Below are positions 19,508 through 29,696 of a DNA stretch of 64,000 bases, piece by piece (within the stretch, counting starts at the first letter, position 1; each line of letters opens with the position of its first letter). The translations under genes were made by a program, and so were the position numbers. The notes beneath the pieces were generated by a model. That model was not told where the DNA came from and did not search any database. It saw only the letters and a program-made list of their open reading frames with translations. The DNA comes from an uncultured virus (IMG/VR IMGVR_UViG_3300019371_000141) (Duplodnaviria > Heunggongvirae > Uroviricota > Caudoviricetes): IMG/VR virus record IMGVR_UViG_3300019371_000141. The stretch is one strand, 5' to 3'.

Positions 19508-20782
19508 ATGCTTAAGGAATACTGCAGTGTGTGCAACTTCGCGGATGACGGTTTCATAGGCCTTGAGTTCAAGGACGGCAGGCCGCATATTACATTTCCG
19601 AGAGGTTACCACAGGTCAGAAAAGGATGAGGATGTCCGCAGGGATATTCTTCATCTGCTGGCAATACTCGAAAAATTTAATGATAAGAAAGAAAGCGCGG
19701 ATAAGAGGGATACGGACGATGGCAGTGACATATCCTTCCCTATCCACGCTTATCAGTACGTGATATACGATTTCCTTGCAAACGGTTACTACAGCGACAA
19801 GGACGTGGAGTACAGGACTTCTGACCGGGGGAAGATAAACTGGAAGAGAACCATCCAGAAGATAAAGCCGGTTGTTGACGTTGAGAACATTTTATATCTG
19901 AACTTCGTGACGAAGAAAAGTATCACAAAATCGGATATCATCACAAGGATTCACGAATACTGTGTTTACGAGAGCTTTTCAAAGCTCGGCTGGCTTTATC
20001 TTGACAGTGCGTATGTGCCGAGGAAACCGGGCATAAAGTTCAACCGTAAGATGTTCATATCAGTCCTCAATGATGCTTTGAAGAACACCTTCAATACCGC
20101 GAAGAAGAAACTGTTCCAGTCGATGCTTGATATCATCAACCAGGCAAACGAGAAGGCAGAGTTCTCGGATTATACCTACGGCGTTTCAAGGTTTGAATAT
20201 GTCTGGCAGAACCTCATCGACCATGTTATGGGTGAAGAGAACAAGGCTGATTACTTCCCTCATTCACATTGGAGGATCATTGACGGCAATATAAGCGTTG
20301 AAAACAGTGCCCTCGAGCCGGACACCATAATGCTTAAAGGGGACAAGGTGTTCATTCTCGATGCTAAGTATTATAAGTTCGGAATCGTCAGTTCAGCGGG
20401 CTTTCTGCCGGCCACATCCTCTGTGCATAAACAGATTACCTATGGCGAGTATGTAGCCACGAGCATGGGTGTTGACGGTAATGATATCTACAGTGCCTTC
20501 ATTATACCTTATGATTCGCAGGATAAAAAGTATCTTGATGAGAGTGGTGCGAGAACCGATGACGGATTGCGCTTCGTGAGCGTCGGACTGGGCGACTGGA
20601 TCAAGTACGGGAAAGACACTGAGAACTATAAATATGTGCTCGGGATTTTGATGGACACAAAGTATCTGATGGATACTTATTCAAGGCACAATCTTTCTGA
20701 GATAGACAGGATGGCTGAGTTTATCATGAGTTCGCTTGAAAGGTTCAAGGAAGCGGAATACGGGAATTCAGCCGGTAACTGA
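19508..20782 (+). CDS. LlaJI-family / McrC-like restriction endonuclease
   Basis: FPRGY, GKINWKRTI, FEYVWQ, PD...DAKYY nuclease motif, KQITYG; directly follows the McrB-like gene. Confidence 0.85.
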   Translation: MLKEYCSVCNFADDGFIGLEFKDGRPHITFPRGYHRSEKDEDVRRDILHLLAILEKFNDKKESADKRDTDDGSDISFPIHAYQYVIYDFLANGYYSDKDVEYRTSDRGKINWKRTIQKIKPVVDVENILYLNFVTKKSITKSDIITRIHEYCVYESFSKLGWLYLDSAYVPRKPGIKFNRKMFISVLNDALKNTFNTAKKKLFQSMLDIINQANEKAEFSDYTYGVSRFEYVWQNLIDHVMGEENKADYFPHSHWRIIDGNISVENSALEPDTIMLKGDKVFILDAKYYKFGIVSSAGFLPATSSVHKQITYGEYVATSMGVDGNDIYSAFIIPYDSQDKKYLDESGARTDDGLRFVSVGLGDWIKYGKDTENYKYVLGILMDTKYLMDTYSRHNLSEIDRMAEFIMSSLERFKEAEYGNSAGN

Positions 20783-20796
20783 AAAGTGGTGACCCC

Positions 20797-21246
20797 ATGG
20801 CAGATGTTTTAACACCGGAACAGCGCCGGAAGAACATGCAAAATATCAGATCCAAGGACACGGAAATCGAAATACTGCTCCGTAAGGCTCTGTGGAAAAA
20901 GGGCTACCGGTACAGGAAGAACTATAAGGACTTGCCCGGAACGCCGGACATCGCGCTGACGAAGTATAACATAGCCATCTTCTGTGACGGCGAATTCTTC
21001 CACGGAAAGAACTGGGAAGTGCTGAAACCGAGGCTTGAGAAGAGCAATAACAGCGAGTTCTGGATTAAGAAGATAAGCCGTAACATGGAGCGCGATGACG
21101 AGGTTAATAAATCCCTGCTGTTTTTAGGCTGGACTGTGATCCGGTTCTGGGGCGATGAGATTAGGAAGAACACAGAGGAGTGTGTCAGGGTGGTTGAGGA
21201 GACGGTGTTTGAGATGAGGATGGGTGAGAGCTCACTGGATGAATAG
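20797..21246 (+). CDS. vsr: Very short patch repair endonuclease
   Basis: MADVLTPEQRRKNMQNIRSKDT, LPGTPDI, FCDGEFFHG, GWTVIRFW. Confidence 0.95.
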   Translation: MADVLTPEQRRKNMQNIRSKDTEIEILLRKALWKKGYRYRKNYKDLPGTPDIALTKYNIAIFCDGEFFHGKNWEVLKPRLEKSNNSEFWIKKISRNMERDDEVNKSLLFLGWTVIRFWGDEIRKNTEECVRVVEETVFEMRMGESSLDE

Positions 21247-21290
21247 TCACAGGGGCATTTGAAATTGTAGCACAAAATTTGGAGGAAGTT

Positions 21291-23630
21291 ATGGCGGGTT
21301 GCAAAACAGAAAACTGGACTGTAAAAGATATTGCAGAAGCACTTCAGAATAATCATAAGGATAACAAGGTCATTGTTGTGCCGATGTTCCAGCGTGGGCA
21401 GAGGTGGAAAAAAGAGCAGCAGAAAATCTTTATTGATTCTCTGATCAAGGGTTATCCTGTAGGCGCATTTCTTTTCTTTGAGAAATACGAAAACAATCAG
21501 TTTACATACATACTGGTGGATGGACTGCAGAGAGGCAGCTGCATCCGTAACTATATTACGAATCCCACGGAGTTCTTTGAGAATGAAAGCATCCCTGATG
21601 AGGTTTGCTCATCTATTCTTGAACTGATCGGTGTGAACAAAACTGAAAACTATGCTGTTGTCAGAGATAAGCTGACAAACTTTATCAAAGCCCAGAATTC
21701 GTTTAAAAACCTGATGTTCTTTGAAGTTGCCGGGGAGATATGCGGCATATTCAAGGAAGGATTCGATTTCACCCTTGTCAATGAAGTTACCAAGCTGATC
21801 ATGGCGTTTTTTAAGGATAAGCAGGATTTGTATGAGTCAATTGCATCTGTTTCTCTTCCTGTGAATGTTTACAGCGGTCCGGAGGAAACCCTGCCGGAGA
21901 TATTTGAACGCATCAATTCTAAAGGTACTCCGCTTGACCAGTATGAGATATATGCTGCAGCCTGGCCGGTAAAAGATAAGTTCGTCATACAGAATTCCGA
22001 AATCATAGAGTACGTTGTAAAGAAATACGACACCCTTGTCAACGCCGGATATACTATTCATGGTTATAACAGCGAAGAACTGCGTAAAGAGAAAAAAGTA
22101 AACGCCTTTGAGTATCTGTTCGGTCTCAGCCGATATCTGGTAAACAAGTATGATATTCTTGCTTTTAATAAGAACATAACTGATGATGCTGTGAATCCGC
22201 TTGCTTTCGAGCTTGTCAACGCCTGCCTTAATGATGCTGACAGAATCCGTATCCTCTATAAGAACATAAAGGATCTTGACATCAATGTATTTGAAAAGGC
22301 TTTGACTGATGCTATTGAGTTTGTCAGGGATTCTGTTTCTGTGGTTACACGATTTAAAGGCAATGCCCACAACGCAAATAAGATATTCCATTCGAAATAT
22401 CAGATTATGTCTATGATATCCACATCGTTCAAGGAAATGTATCCGGACGGTAACTACAAATCAGTGGATGCCGGATGGGCTGCAAAGAAGCAGACAATAG
22501 CAAAGAATCTCGTTCAATATTACGTCTATGATATTATAACGAATTACTGGAGCGAGGGCGGCACCGGCAAGATACACGCGGCTGCCAAGCCTAACAGATA
22601 TATGTCGGAGATTTCAGGAAGGAGCTGGACTGTTGCTCTTGACGGTTTCTTTGAAAAGTCAATGATGCGTTCAGAAAAGAAGAATGTAGCCAGCCCGAAG
22701 AGCGAGGAGTTTGTCCTTCTTAACTGTATTTATGTGAAGACTTTTACGGCGATGGATCAGCTGTCCATTGACAAATTCGATGTTGAGCACATAGCTCCAA
22801 AGGAGCAGATGCGTAAACTGATTGAAACATGCAGCGGTGACGGTCTTCCGATCAGCTGTATTGCAAACCTCTGTTATCTTCCGCAGACGGCAAACAGGAG
22901 CAAGGGCGCTAAGAATTTCTATCAGGACAAGAAATATCTTGTGAGCAGCGGTATGAACCTTGATGAAATAGAGGAGAAGTACAGCTTTACCGAAGAAGAG
23001 GATCTCGAATGGATGGATATGCCGTACGAAAAGCCCGATGACTTTTCTGTTCTGAAAGAGTATTACATCGATTACTGCACGAGAAGATTTGATAAACTTA
23101 AGCACATGTTCTGTAACGCCATGGGAATTTCATATGTTGATTCCAAGGATGCTGTTGAAGAGAAAACAGAAGTGGTTGTGTCGGCGGATAAAGGTAAAAA
23201 AACCACACAGGTCAGATTTTCTGATAAATGTGTTCAAAGACTTGCCGACAATATGGGCGAGGATCTTATCGGTCTGAGCAGATCGGTGTTCAGAACATCT
23301 GATAAGGCGTTCGGCTATGCTGTAACAACATCAAAAGTGTATCAGCAGGGCTCGAGGGAGAAATACTGGTTTGCTTACAGAAGAACGGAACTGATAGATG
23401 ACTGTGCGCAGAAGTATTACATTTTCGGATGCGGAAACGAGTCCACCCTCATCCGTCTGCCGGTAGATCTTATAGAGAAGAATCTTGACAGGCTGAACAT
23501 CTCACTTGATGAAGATGGAAAGATTACACACTGGCACATGGTGTTCTTCAAGGATAAGAGCGGCCATATGACCTGGATGTTCTCAAAGCCGGAGATTGAG
23601 GAAATAAGTGTGGACGAGTATCTGGTGTGA
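21291..23630 (+). CDS. DUF262 + HNH protein (GmrSD-like modification-dependent nuclease)
   Basis: VPMFQR..RW, VDGLQR, FERINSKG (DUF262 motifs); DVEHIAP...NLCYL...NRSK (HNH/DUF1524-like); GGAGG RBS before ATG 21291. Confidence 0.8.
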   Translation: MAGCKTENWTVKDIAEALQNNHKDNKVIVVPMFQRGQRWKKEQQKIFIDSLIKGYPVGAFLFFEKYENNQFTYILVDGLQRGSCIRNYITNPTEFFENESIPDEVCSSILELIGVNKTENYAVVRDKLTNFIKAQNSFKNLMFFEVAGEICGIFKEGFDFTLVNEVTKLIMAFFKDKQDLYESIASVSLPVNVYSGPEETLPEIFERINSKGTPLDQYEIYAAAWPVKDKFVIQNSEIIEYVVKKYDTLVNAGYTIHGYNSEELRKEKKVNAFEYLFGLSRYLVNKYDILAFNKNITDDAVNPLAFELVNACLNDADRIRILYKNIKDLDINVFEKALTDAIEFVRDSVSVVTRFKGNAHNANKIFHSKYQIMSMISTSFKEMYPDGNYKSVDAGWAAKKQTIAKNLVQYYVYDIITNYWSEGGTGKIHAAAKPNRYMSEISGRSWTVALDGFFEKSMMRSEKKNVASPKSEEFVLLNCIYVKTFTAMDQLSIDKFDVEHIAPKEQMRKLIETCSGDGLPISCIANLCYLPQTANRSKGAKNFYQDKKYLVSSGMNLDEIEEKYSFTEEEDLEWMDMPYEKPDDFSVLKEYYIDYCTRRFDKLKHMFCNAMGISYVDSKDAVEEKTEVVVSADKGKKTTQVRFSDKCVQRLADNMGEDLIGLSRSVFRTSDKAFGYAVTTSKVYQQGSREKYWFAYRRTELIDDCAQKYYIFGCGNESTLIRLPVDLIEKNLDRLNISLDEDGKITHWHMVFFKDKSGHMTWMFSKPEIEEISVDEYLV

Positions 23631-23864
23631 TCGCAGATTATTAAAACATCGAAGCATTTAATGACTGAATGAAGTTGAAATAAAAAATGTTCCCCGTTTT
23701 CATAGATTATAAGAGTGGTAGATGTTTGCGGCTTTTATATTTTTGGAAGCGGGGCTTTTTACGGCAATTCCTCCATCATGTGTTGTAAGCTGGGGTGCAT
23801 AAGAAAAATGACGAGAACTTCAATCATTCGTCAAATAAGCATTTCTTTACAATATAACCCGATA

Positions 23865-23949
23865 ACGCTACGCATAATGGCGTATACGCTACGAATAATG
23901 GAGAAACGCACCGCAATACCTTGACAACGCTCCGAGTATGTGCTATAAT
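23865..23949 (+). promoter_or_regulatory. Consensus sigma-A promoter with phased direct repeats
   Basis: TTGACA (23921)-17 bp-TATAAT (23944) with TG extension; ACGC(T/A)(A/C)CG at 23865, 23886, 23906 and 23927. Confidence 0.8.
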
Positions 23950-23978
23950 AAAATAGTAACGGAAGGAGGAAACCGCCT

Positions 23979-25076
23979 ATGTTTTATACGGAGATTACAA
24001 AAATCATAGAAGCCGGTATGAGAAAAGACCCGACGAAAGTTGCGAGCTATGCTCGCCTCTTGGCGAAAAAACTAAAGACTGACGGTGATGAGAGAGCAAG
24101 CAATCGCGTCCTATCTGTGATAGAAAAAATGGGAGGCAGTCAAGCTGTTGTTGACACTCTGATGGTAATGCCTGTAGATCAGGAAAGCAGACTGGATATT
24201 GCTGAAATTGATTATTCCCCCAATATTGATAGCATCATTCTGAACAAGTCTGTGCAGGACTTGCTCGATGATTTCAAGGATACAATACAAAATAAGGAAA
24301 AGATGATGTCTGTCGGTCTTGATTTTCGAACGACTCTTCTTCTCTACGGACCTCCTGGATGTGGGAAAACCAGTGCTGCGAAATATCTGGCTTCTGTGTT
24401 AAACCTTCCGCTTATAACGGCAAGGTTTGATACTCTGATATCATCCCTTCTTGGCAATACAGCGAAGAACATTCATCGCATATTTGAATTTGCAAAAAAG
24501 CAGCCGTGCATTCTTTTCCTTGATGAATTCGATGCAATAGCCAAAGCTCGAGATGATGCTCATGAACTGGGTGAACTGAAAAGAGTTGTAAACAGCTTGC
24601 TACAGAATATTGACGATTTCTCACAAGAAGGAATTCTTATCGCAGCAACAAATCACGCAGATATGCTTGATTCAGCGGTTTGGAGGAGATTTCAAACAAT
24701 CATCGAACTGCCGACACCTGGCAGTGATGAAATTCGTAGATTTATCAACCAGTTCCCTAAAGTGGCAAATGAAGGAAGCATTACTGAGTCACAGTGGAAG
24801 ACGATTATTAATGCTATGACAGGACTTTCTTATTCTGATATTAAGGATATTGTACAGAATATGCTGAAGAAGGCTGTTCTAAAGAGTAAAACAGAAATAG
24901 AAAGCGCTGATTATCTCGTTGAGATATTTATCTTTAATAATCACGGTAATTACGGGCAGGATGAAATCATTCATTATTTGTATGAAAACGGTGTCGCTCA
25001 AAAACAGATAGGAAGATATTTCTCGATATCTGAACGGCAGGTTAGAAATCATCTCGGGAAGGGGGTAAATAGCTGA
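23979..25076 (+). CDS. ietA: AAA ATPase, IetA-like, with C-terminal HTH
   Basis: GPPGCGKT, LFLDEFDAIAKARDD..ELGELKRVVNSLLQ, AATNH..LD.AVWRRF; coupled to the S8 protease gene. Confidence 0.8.
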   Translation: MFYTEITKIIEAGMRKDPTKVASYARLLAKKLKTDGDERASNRVLSVIEKMGGSQAVVDTLMVMPVDQESRLDIAEIDYSPNIDSIILNKSVQDLLDDFKDTIQNKEKMMSVGLDFRTTLLLYGPPGCGKTSAAKYLASVLNLPLITARFDTLISSLLGNTAKNIHRIFEFAKKQPCILFLDEFDAIAKARDDAHELGELKRVVNSLLQNIDDFSQEGILIAATNHADMLDSAVWRRFQTIIELPTPGSDEIRRFINQFPKVANEGSITESQWKTIINAMTGLSYSDIKDIVQNMLKKAVLKSKTEIESADYLVEIFIFNNHGNYGQDEIIHYLYENGVAQKQIGRYFSISERQVRNHLGKGVNS

Positions 25077-27517
25077 TGGATAAACTACTTCCGATTAAAT
25101 TCTTCGAAAAAAGGAAAATAGATGAGCAACTGACTGAGGCCGGTGGAACCAAGGATTTGCCTAAATGGGTTATGCAAGGAGACGAACTTTCAGCGCGTTC
25201 AAAGCATCTTGTAGGGAATATGACACAGGTCGCCGCTAAATTTGAGAATCATAAAAGGACTGCACATGAGCTTCCTATGGTAATGGCTACCACAATTACA
25301 GAAAAGGCTCTTGCGAAAACACATCGTAGCACGGTTGTTGATATGTTGAACAGTGACAGCCAGCCGAACGTTATTGGTATCGAGTCTGTTATTTTACCAG
25401 AGACTCATAAAGAAGATAATGAACCGGTTCAAGTCAAAAAGGATGATGAGCCGAAAGAAATACGTCGTCTTTTATCAATTGTTACGACGGATGAACTTGT
25501 TGCCAACATTAATCGTGCACTACATGATACGCAGAGCAATGCCCGACTGATATCCTCCATCGAAAATATAGAGCCTTTTGAGGCGAGGGTTGGAGAATAT
25601 AACCCTGAAAATAAAGCTTATCGTGTAAGGCTGATTGATTATCAGGATCCTCATAGAAATCAGCTTGCTCAGACGCTGTTCAGAAACCAGTGTATGACAA
25701 ATGGAATAACCATCGACAGAGAAACGCGTTATTCTCCAGATATGCGAATCTATAGAATAACCCTTGACAGCATAGCTGACATGGAAACTGTGAGAGGTTT
25801 TGAGGGAGTATTCTCTATTGAGGAAGCTGTTCCGATTCGTGCTGATATGGATGCCTTTGACGATATGTCAGTACCGGATGTTAAGCAACCGAAATCAGGG
25901 GTTGTTTATCCGGTTGTAGGTGTTCTTGACAGCGGAATAAAAAGGAACGCCTATCTTTCCCCTTGGCTTCTGGATGAAAGTGAGACCTATTACGGTGATG
26001 AATTGCAGGATAAAAGCCATGGGTCAATGGTTGCGTCCGTACTGGAATATAGCGATGAAATCAACGCTACAGATTATGCTTCTACTGAAGGCGTAATGAT
26101 GCTTGAGGCGGTTATCGCTCCGGATTTACATAAGGAGGCAATATACCCGGAAGACCTGCTTGATAATGTCCGTGACGCCATTGAGCGACATAGAAATATA
26201 AAAATATGGACAATGTCGGCCGGAACAACTGAAGAAAGCGAGCCGGATTCTTTTTCGGAATACGGTATGGCTCTCGACAATATTGCGGATGAGAACAATG
26301 TGCTGATAATCAAATCAGCTGGGAACAGTAGTGCTTTTATGCGAAGCGCACAGCCAGAACGGATTGCCAAGATGGCTGACTCAGTTAGGTCTTTGGTTGT
26401 CGGTTCTATTGCCGGAGAGAAATCGACATATGATTTTGCGGAAATCGATATGCCTTCACCATTTACCCGGAGAGGGCCTGGCCCTGTTTATATTATCAAG
26501 CCGGATCTTGTTGCATACGGAGGCAATGCCGGTATAAGACCGGATGGAAAACTGACAACAACAGGAGTAAAGGTTTTTGACGGTGATGGAAGACCTACCA
26601 GAGCGCCGGGAACTAGTTTCTCCACACCATGGATAGCGAGGATAGCCGCTGAACTCGATTTTCTTTTGGATGGTGATTTTGATCCACTTCTAATAAAGGC
26701 ACTCTTGGTTCATAATGCAAGCTACCCTGCGGGGGAGCGCATGAAGATGGAAGATAAGAAAAAATATATGGGCTTTGGAATGCCGTCTGGAACGAGAGAA
26801 ATTCTATACAACTCTGAAAATGAGATAACACTTATTTTACGAGACAAATTGCCGAAAGGCAGTTTTATAGACATTCTCGATTTTCCTTTCTCACAGAGCA
26901 TGATCGGGGATGACGGGATGTACCACGGTCAGATAATTCTCACGATGGTCAGCACCCCGATTTTAAGGTCATCCGAGGGACCTGAATACTGTCAGTCTGA
27001 TATTAAAGTGGCGTTTGGCACTATGGAGGGCATTAAAGAAAGAGATACATCAAAGAGAACCATCCGAAATCCGTATGGTGCAGAGGATGCTGCCAATGTG
27101 ATGCGAGATGACCTTTATAAGAGGCAGTTCTTTGACGTGCTTGAAGAAGAAACATTCGGAAGAGAACGTACATTACTGCGACTCGGTCAGAAATTCCATC
27201 CCATTAAGAAATACGCTATTGATCTTGATGAAATGACTGATGCAAACAAGAAAAAATACCTTTTAGGAAATCGTCAGTGGTATATGAAGGTTGAGGCTCT
27301 TTTTCGTGATGCAGTTGAGCGAGAAGCCAGATCAACTGGAGAAATACTCGAACAGGATTTTTGTATACTTCTTACCATACGGGATCCATCGGGGAAGGCG
27401 CCTGTCTATACCGAGATAACACAGCAACTGCAGGAAAAGAATTTTGTATATTCCAATATTAGACTTAAGAACGAGGTTAGAGAACATGTTCGTGTTGAAG
27501 GAGATGGTAACGGTTGA
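25076..27517 (+). CDS. ietS: S8 subtilisin-like serine protease, IetS-like
   Basis: Catalytic motifs VLDSG, HGSMVAS, SAGN, GTSFSTP; no signal peptide; TGATG coupling to the ATPase. Confidence 0.85.
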   Translation: MDKLLPIKFFEKRKIDEQLTEAGGTKDLPKWVMQGDELSARSKHLVGNMTQVAAKFENHKRTAHELPMVMATTITEKALAKTHRSTVVDMLNSDSQPNVIGIESVILPETHKEDNEPVQVKKDDEPKEIRRLLSIVTTDELVANINRALHDTQSNARLISSIENIEPFEARVGEYNPENKAYRVRLIDYQDPHRNQLAQTLFRNQCMTNGITIDRETRYSPDMRIYRITLDSIADMETVRGFEGVFSIEEAVPIRADMDAFDDMSVPDVKQPKSGVVYPVVGVLDSGIKRNAYLSPWLLDESETYYGDELQDKSHGSMVASVLEYSDEINATDYASTEGVMMLEAVIAPDLHKEAIYPEDLLDNVRDAIERHRNIKIWTMSAGTTEESEPDSFSEYGMALDNIADENNVLIIKSAGNSSAFMRSAQPERIAKMADSVRSLVVGSIAGEKSTYDFAEIDMPSPFTRRGPGPVYIIKPDLVAYGGNAGIRPDGKLTTTGVKVFDGDGRPTRAPGTSFSTPWIARIAAELDFLLDGDFDPLLIKALLVHNASYPAGERMKMEDKKKYMGFGMPSGTREILYNSENEITLILRDKLPKGSFIDILDFPFSQSMIGDDGMYHGQIILTMVSTPILRSSEGPEYCQSDIKVAFGTMEGIKERDTSKRTIRNPYGAEDAANVMRDDLYKRQFFDVLEEETFGRERTLLRLGQKFHPIKKYAIDLDEMTDANKKKYLLGNRQWYMKVEALFRDAVEREARSTGEILEQDFCILLTIRDPSGKAPVYTEITQQLQEKNFVYSNIRLKNEVREHVRVEGDGNG

Positions 27518-28323
27518 TGAATAATGATACAAGGTTATTTGCCGCATCCGTGATTCAATCCCAGCTGAATGGAAAAGTAAAATATGAGCTTTCAGACAGC
27601 GATGTTCTAGAATTGTACTACACAGAACCTCGGCTTGCCGCACTTATTGAGATGGATATAATCATGCTGATTGATCATCATCTTGTTGTAAATTTGAAAG
27701 AGTTCATAACCCCAAAAACTAAGCATCTCTCCGCTCATGCAAAGCGCAATAAATCGGCCTGTTGTATTGGAATTCAATATGCTTCGAAAGGACAGTACTA
27801 TAAGAGTGGTGAAAACGCTATCAATTGTACGCTTGATATTATATTGCGGGCAGCGGGTTTCCTTGAAAAGGGTGAAGCGGACGAGGGTACTCAAACAGAT
27901 GCAGAGCAGAAAAAAGAAGCCTCTAAAATTGATAGCGAAATTGCAAGACTTAACGGTATCCTGAGTACGCTGCCAGGCAGCTTTTCTGGATCGCTTAAGA
28001 GTCATATGAAACGCAAAGGTTATACAGAGGAACTGCTAGCGCAGGAGTCGTGGATAAGCGTTAGTACTATCAAACAATATCGGCAGAAAGAAGATAAAGA
28101 GAAAACATTGAAGACTGTTACAGCGTTATGCATAGGAATGCATCTGCATCCTTGGTTAACGGAAGATTTGTTAAGAAAAGCAGGAATCGTTCCGAAAGCA
28201 ACCAAGTTGGATGGTGCATATCGTTTTTTATATACTGCTCACTATAAAGATAAAATAGAGGATTGCAATATATATCTTAAATCACAAGGACTCCCCGAGT
28301 TTACTATGCGGGAGAAAGCATAA
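27517..28323 (+). CDS. Protein with C-terminal XRE-like HTH
   Basis: TGATG overlap with the protease stop; LKSHMKRKGYTEELLAQESWISVSTIKQYR...VTALCIGMHL. Confidence 0.6.
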   Translation: MNNDTRLFAASVIQSQLNGKVKYELSDSDVLELYYTEPRLAALIEMDIIMLIDHHLVVNLKEFITPKTKHLSAHAKRNKSACCIGIQYASKGQYYKSGENAINCTLDIILRAAGFLEKGEADEGTQTDAEQKKEASKIDSEIARLNGILSTLPGSFSGSLKSHMKRKGYTEELLAQESWISVSTIKQYRQKEDKEKTLKTVTALCIGMHLHPWLTEDLLRKAGIVPKATKLDGAYRFLYTAHYKDKIEDCNIYLKSQGLPEFTMREKA

Positions 28324-28347
28324 GAAATGAAAGAATATAAATTGACT

Positions 28348-28384
28348 TAGGTCAGGGAATTAAAATCCCTGGCCTATTTTTTTT
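28348..28384 (+). terminator. Intrinsic terminator
   Basis: TAGGTCAGGGA/TCCCTGGCCTA stem followed by T8. Confidence 0.8.
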
Positions 28385-28581
28385 GCTCAAATGGACATTA
28401 TTATTGTCCTATCATAAAGGCAGTAAATATCAACATAAACGTTATTTTGTAAGAAGACAGTGTTTGTGAAAATCGAGTATTTACAAGGTATTTCACGGTT
28501 GGAAGGGACATTTTGAATGTCTGTTGAAATATCCGTATTGCGAGTATCATTAATTTAGAATTAAATTTCTCGGAGGTAAAA

Positions 28582-28776
28582 ATGAAGAAAAATGATTGGC
28601 GAACAAACATAGAATCTCTTGCAGCGAATGTAGCGAAAAAAATAGGTGTCGAGGTGGCAAAATCAGCGTTTTCCCTTTATGATGCAACCTGTTTCGATAA
28701 TCTAAACCCCATATATTACTGGGAAGTTTTCGGAACTCTTCAGCAGATATATGAGGAATATGATGAGGATGGTTAA
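28582..28776 (+). CDS. Small hypothetical protein
   Basis: GGAGGT RBS; 64-aa ORF. Confidence 0.5.
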   Translation: MKKNDWRTNIESLAANVAKKIGVEVAKSAFSLYDATCFDNLNPIYYWEVFGTLQQIYEEYDEDG

Positions 28777-28839
28777 TCATTGAAGCATATTTTTATATTC
28801 AACCTTACATAGGTTTCCCGCAGAAAGTAGCACTGCTTT

Positions 28840-29460
28840 TTATTTGGATAAAATTTTACGATAAGCATCTATAAGGATGTGGTAATCGTCCTCATCATAA
28901 ACACCGCTGTCGAATTTTTCGAATGTGTCGATGAATTTTTGAATGAATTGATTTACCTTGATGTTTTCGTGAATCTCTGGCCCTTTAGCGAGGACTTCAG
29001 CCTGGATATCATCAAGCCTGAATTCATCGAAGTATGTTGGCGGTGTTATGTAGTTTGGAAAATAGAACGCATCATATTTTATTACCTTATCCTCATATTG
29101 TGGCAGACCATATTCATCAAGATATGGACCGGGAACCTTTTCTTTAACCTCATGGTCGAAATGGACAACAGTGTAGTGGGAGATAAGACTCATGAAAAAG
29201 TCACAGATGGCTTCAGAAGACATAGGGCGAGATTCGCGGTTACGGCCGACCAGCTCATCGATAGATCTATCGAAATAGTCAGCAATCTTATAAACCTGTT
29301 CAAGCGTAAAGCTTCGGGTATTATTACCGATTTGAAGACACTTGTTCACATTGGACTGGGACATTCCAATCGCATCGCCAAGTTGCTGCTGGGTTATGTT
29401 TTTATCATGCATAAGCTTACAGATATTCTCTTTAAGAATGTCAAAATTCATATTTGGCAT
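28840..29460 (-). CDS. XRE-family HTH repressor
   Basis: NICKLMHDKNITQQQLGDAIGMSQSNVNK...VYKIADYFDRSIDELVG; divergent from the phage early operon. Confidence 0.85.
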   Translation of the reverse strand: MPNMNFDILKENICKLMHDKNITQQQLGDAIGMSQSNVNKCLQIGNNTRSFTLEQVYKIADYFDRSIDELVGRNRESRPMSSEAICDFFMSLISHYTVVHFDHEVKEKVPGPYLDEYGLPQYEDKVIKYDAFYFPNYITPPTYFDEFRLDDIQAEVLAKGPEIHENIKVNQFIQKFIDTFEKFDSGVYDEDDYHILIDAYRKILSK

Positions 29461-29696
29461 AAAATATCACTCCTTGTCATAAAAGGTTTAAAAAGTCATA
29501 TATATGAAAGATTGGAATATATCATAACACATTTTGTATAATTTTTGTAGTGGTTAAACTTGAAAAAATCATTAAAAACCTGTAGCCGCACAAAGGAGGG
29601 CGGCAGAATAAGCCTTACAGGTCGCAGGCTTTAAAAACGAGCTGCGGCAATCCCGGATGCCGAAAATCTCCGGGGAATTATAAAAAACATATTGCA

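Larger units (their letters stand above)
14990..28323 (+). other. Anti-phage defence island adjoining the prophage
   Basis: Consecutive co-oriented RM (2 MTases, McrB/C-like, Vsr), DUF262-HNH and AAA+S8 protease genes. Confidence 0.8.

Noticed and set aside
23715..23924. 69-aa ORF upstream of ietA
   Set aside because: No clear RBS; it runs through the repeat/promoter region and its TLRIM repeats just reflect the DNA repeats.
23861..23940. 21-bp periodic repeats as a mini-CRISPR array
   Set aside because: Units are too short, lack spacers and overlap a promoter; an operator fits better.
28879..29541. 220-aa + strand ORF
   Set aside because: Antisense shadow of the XRE repressor.
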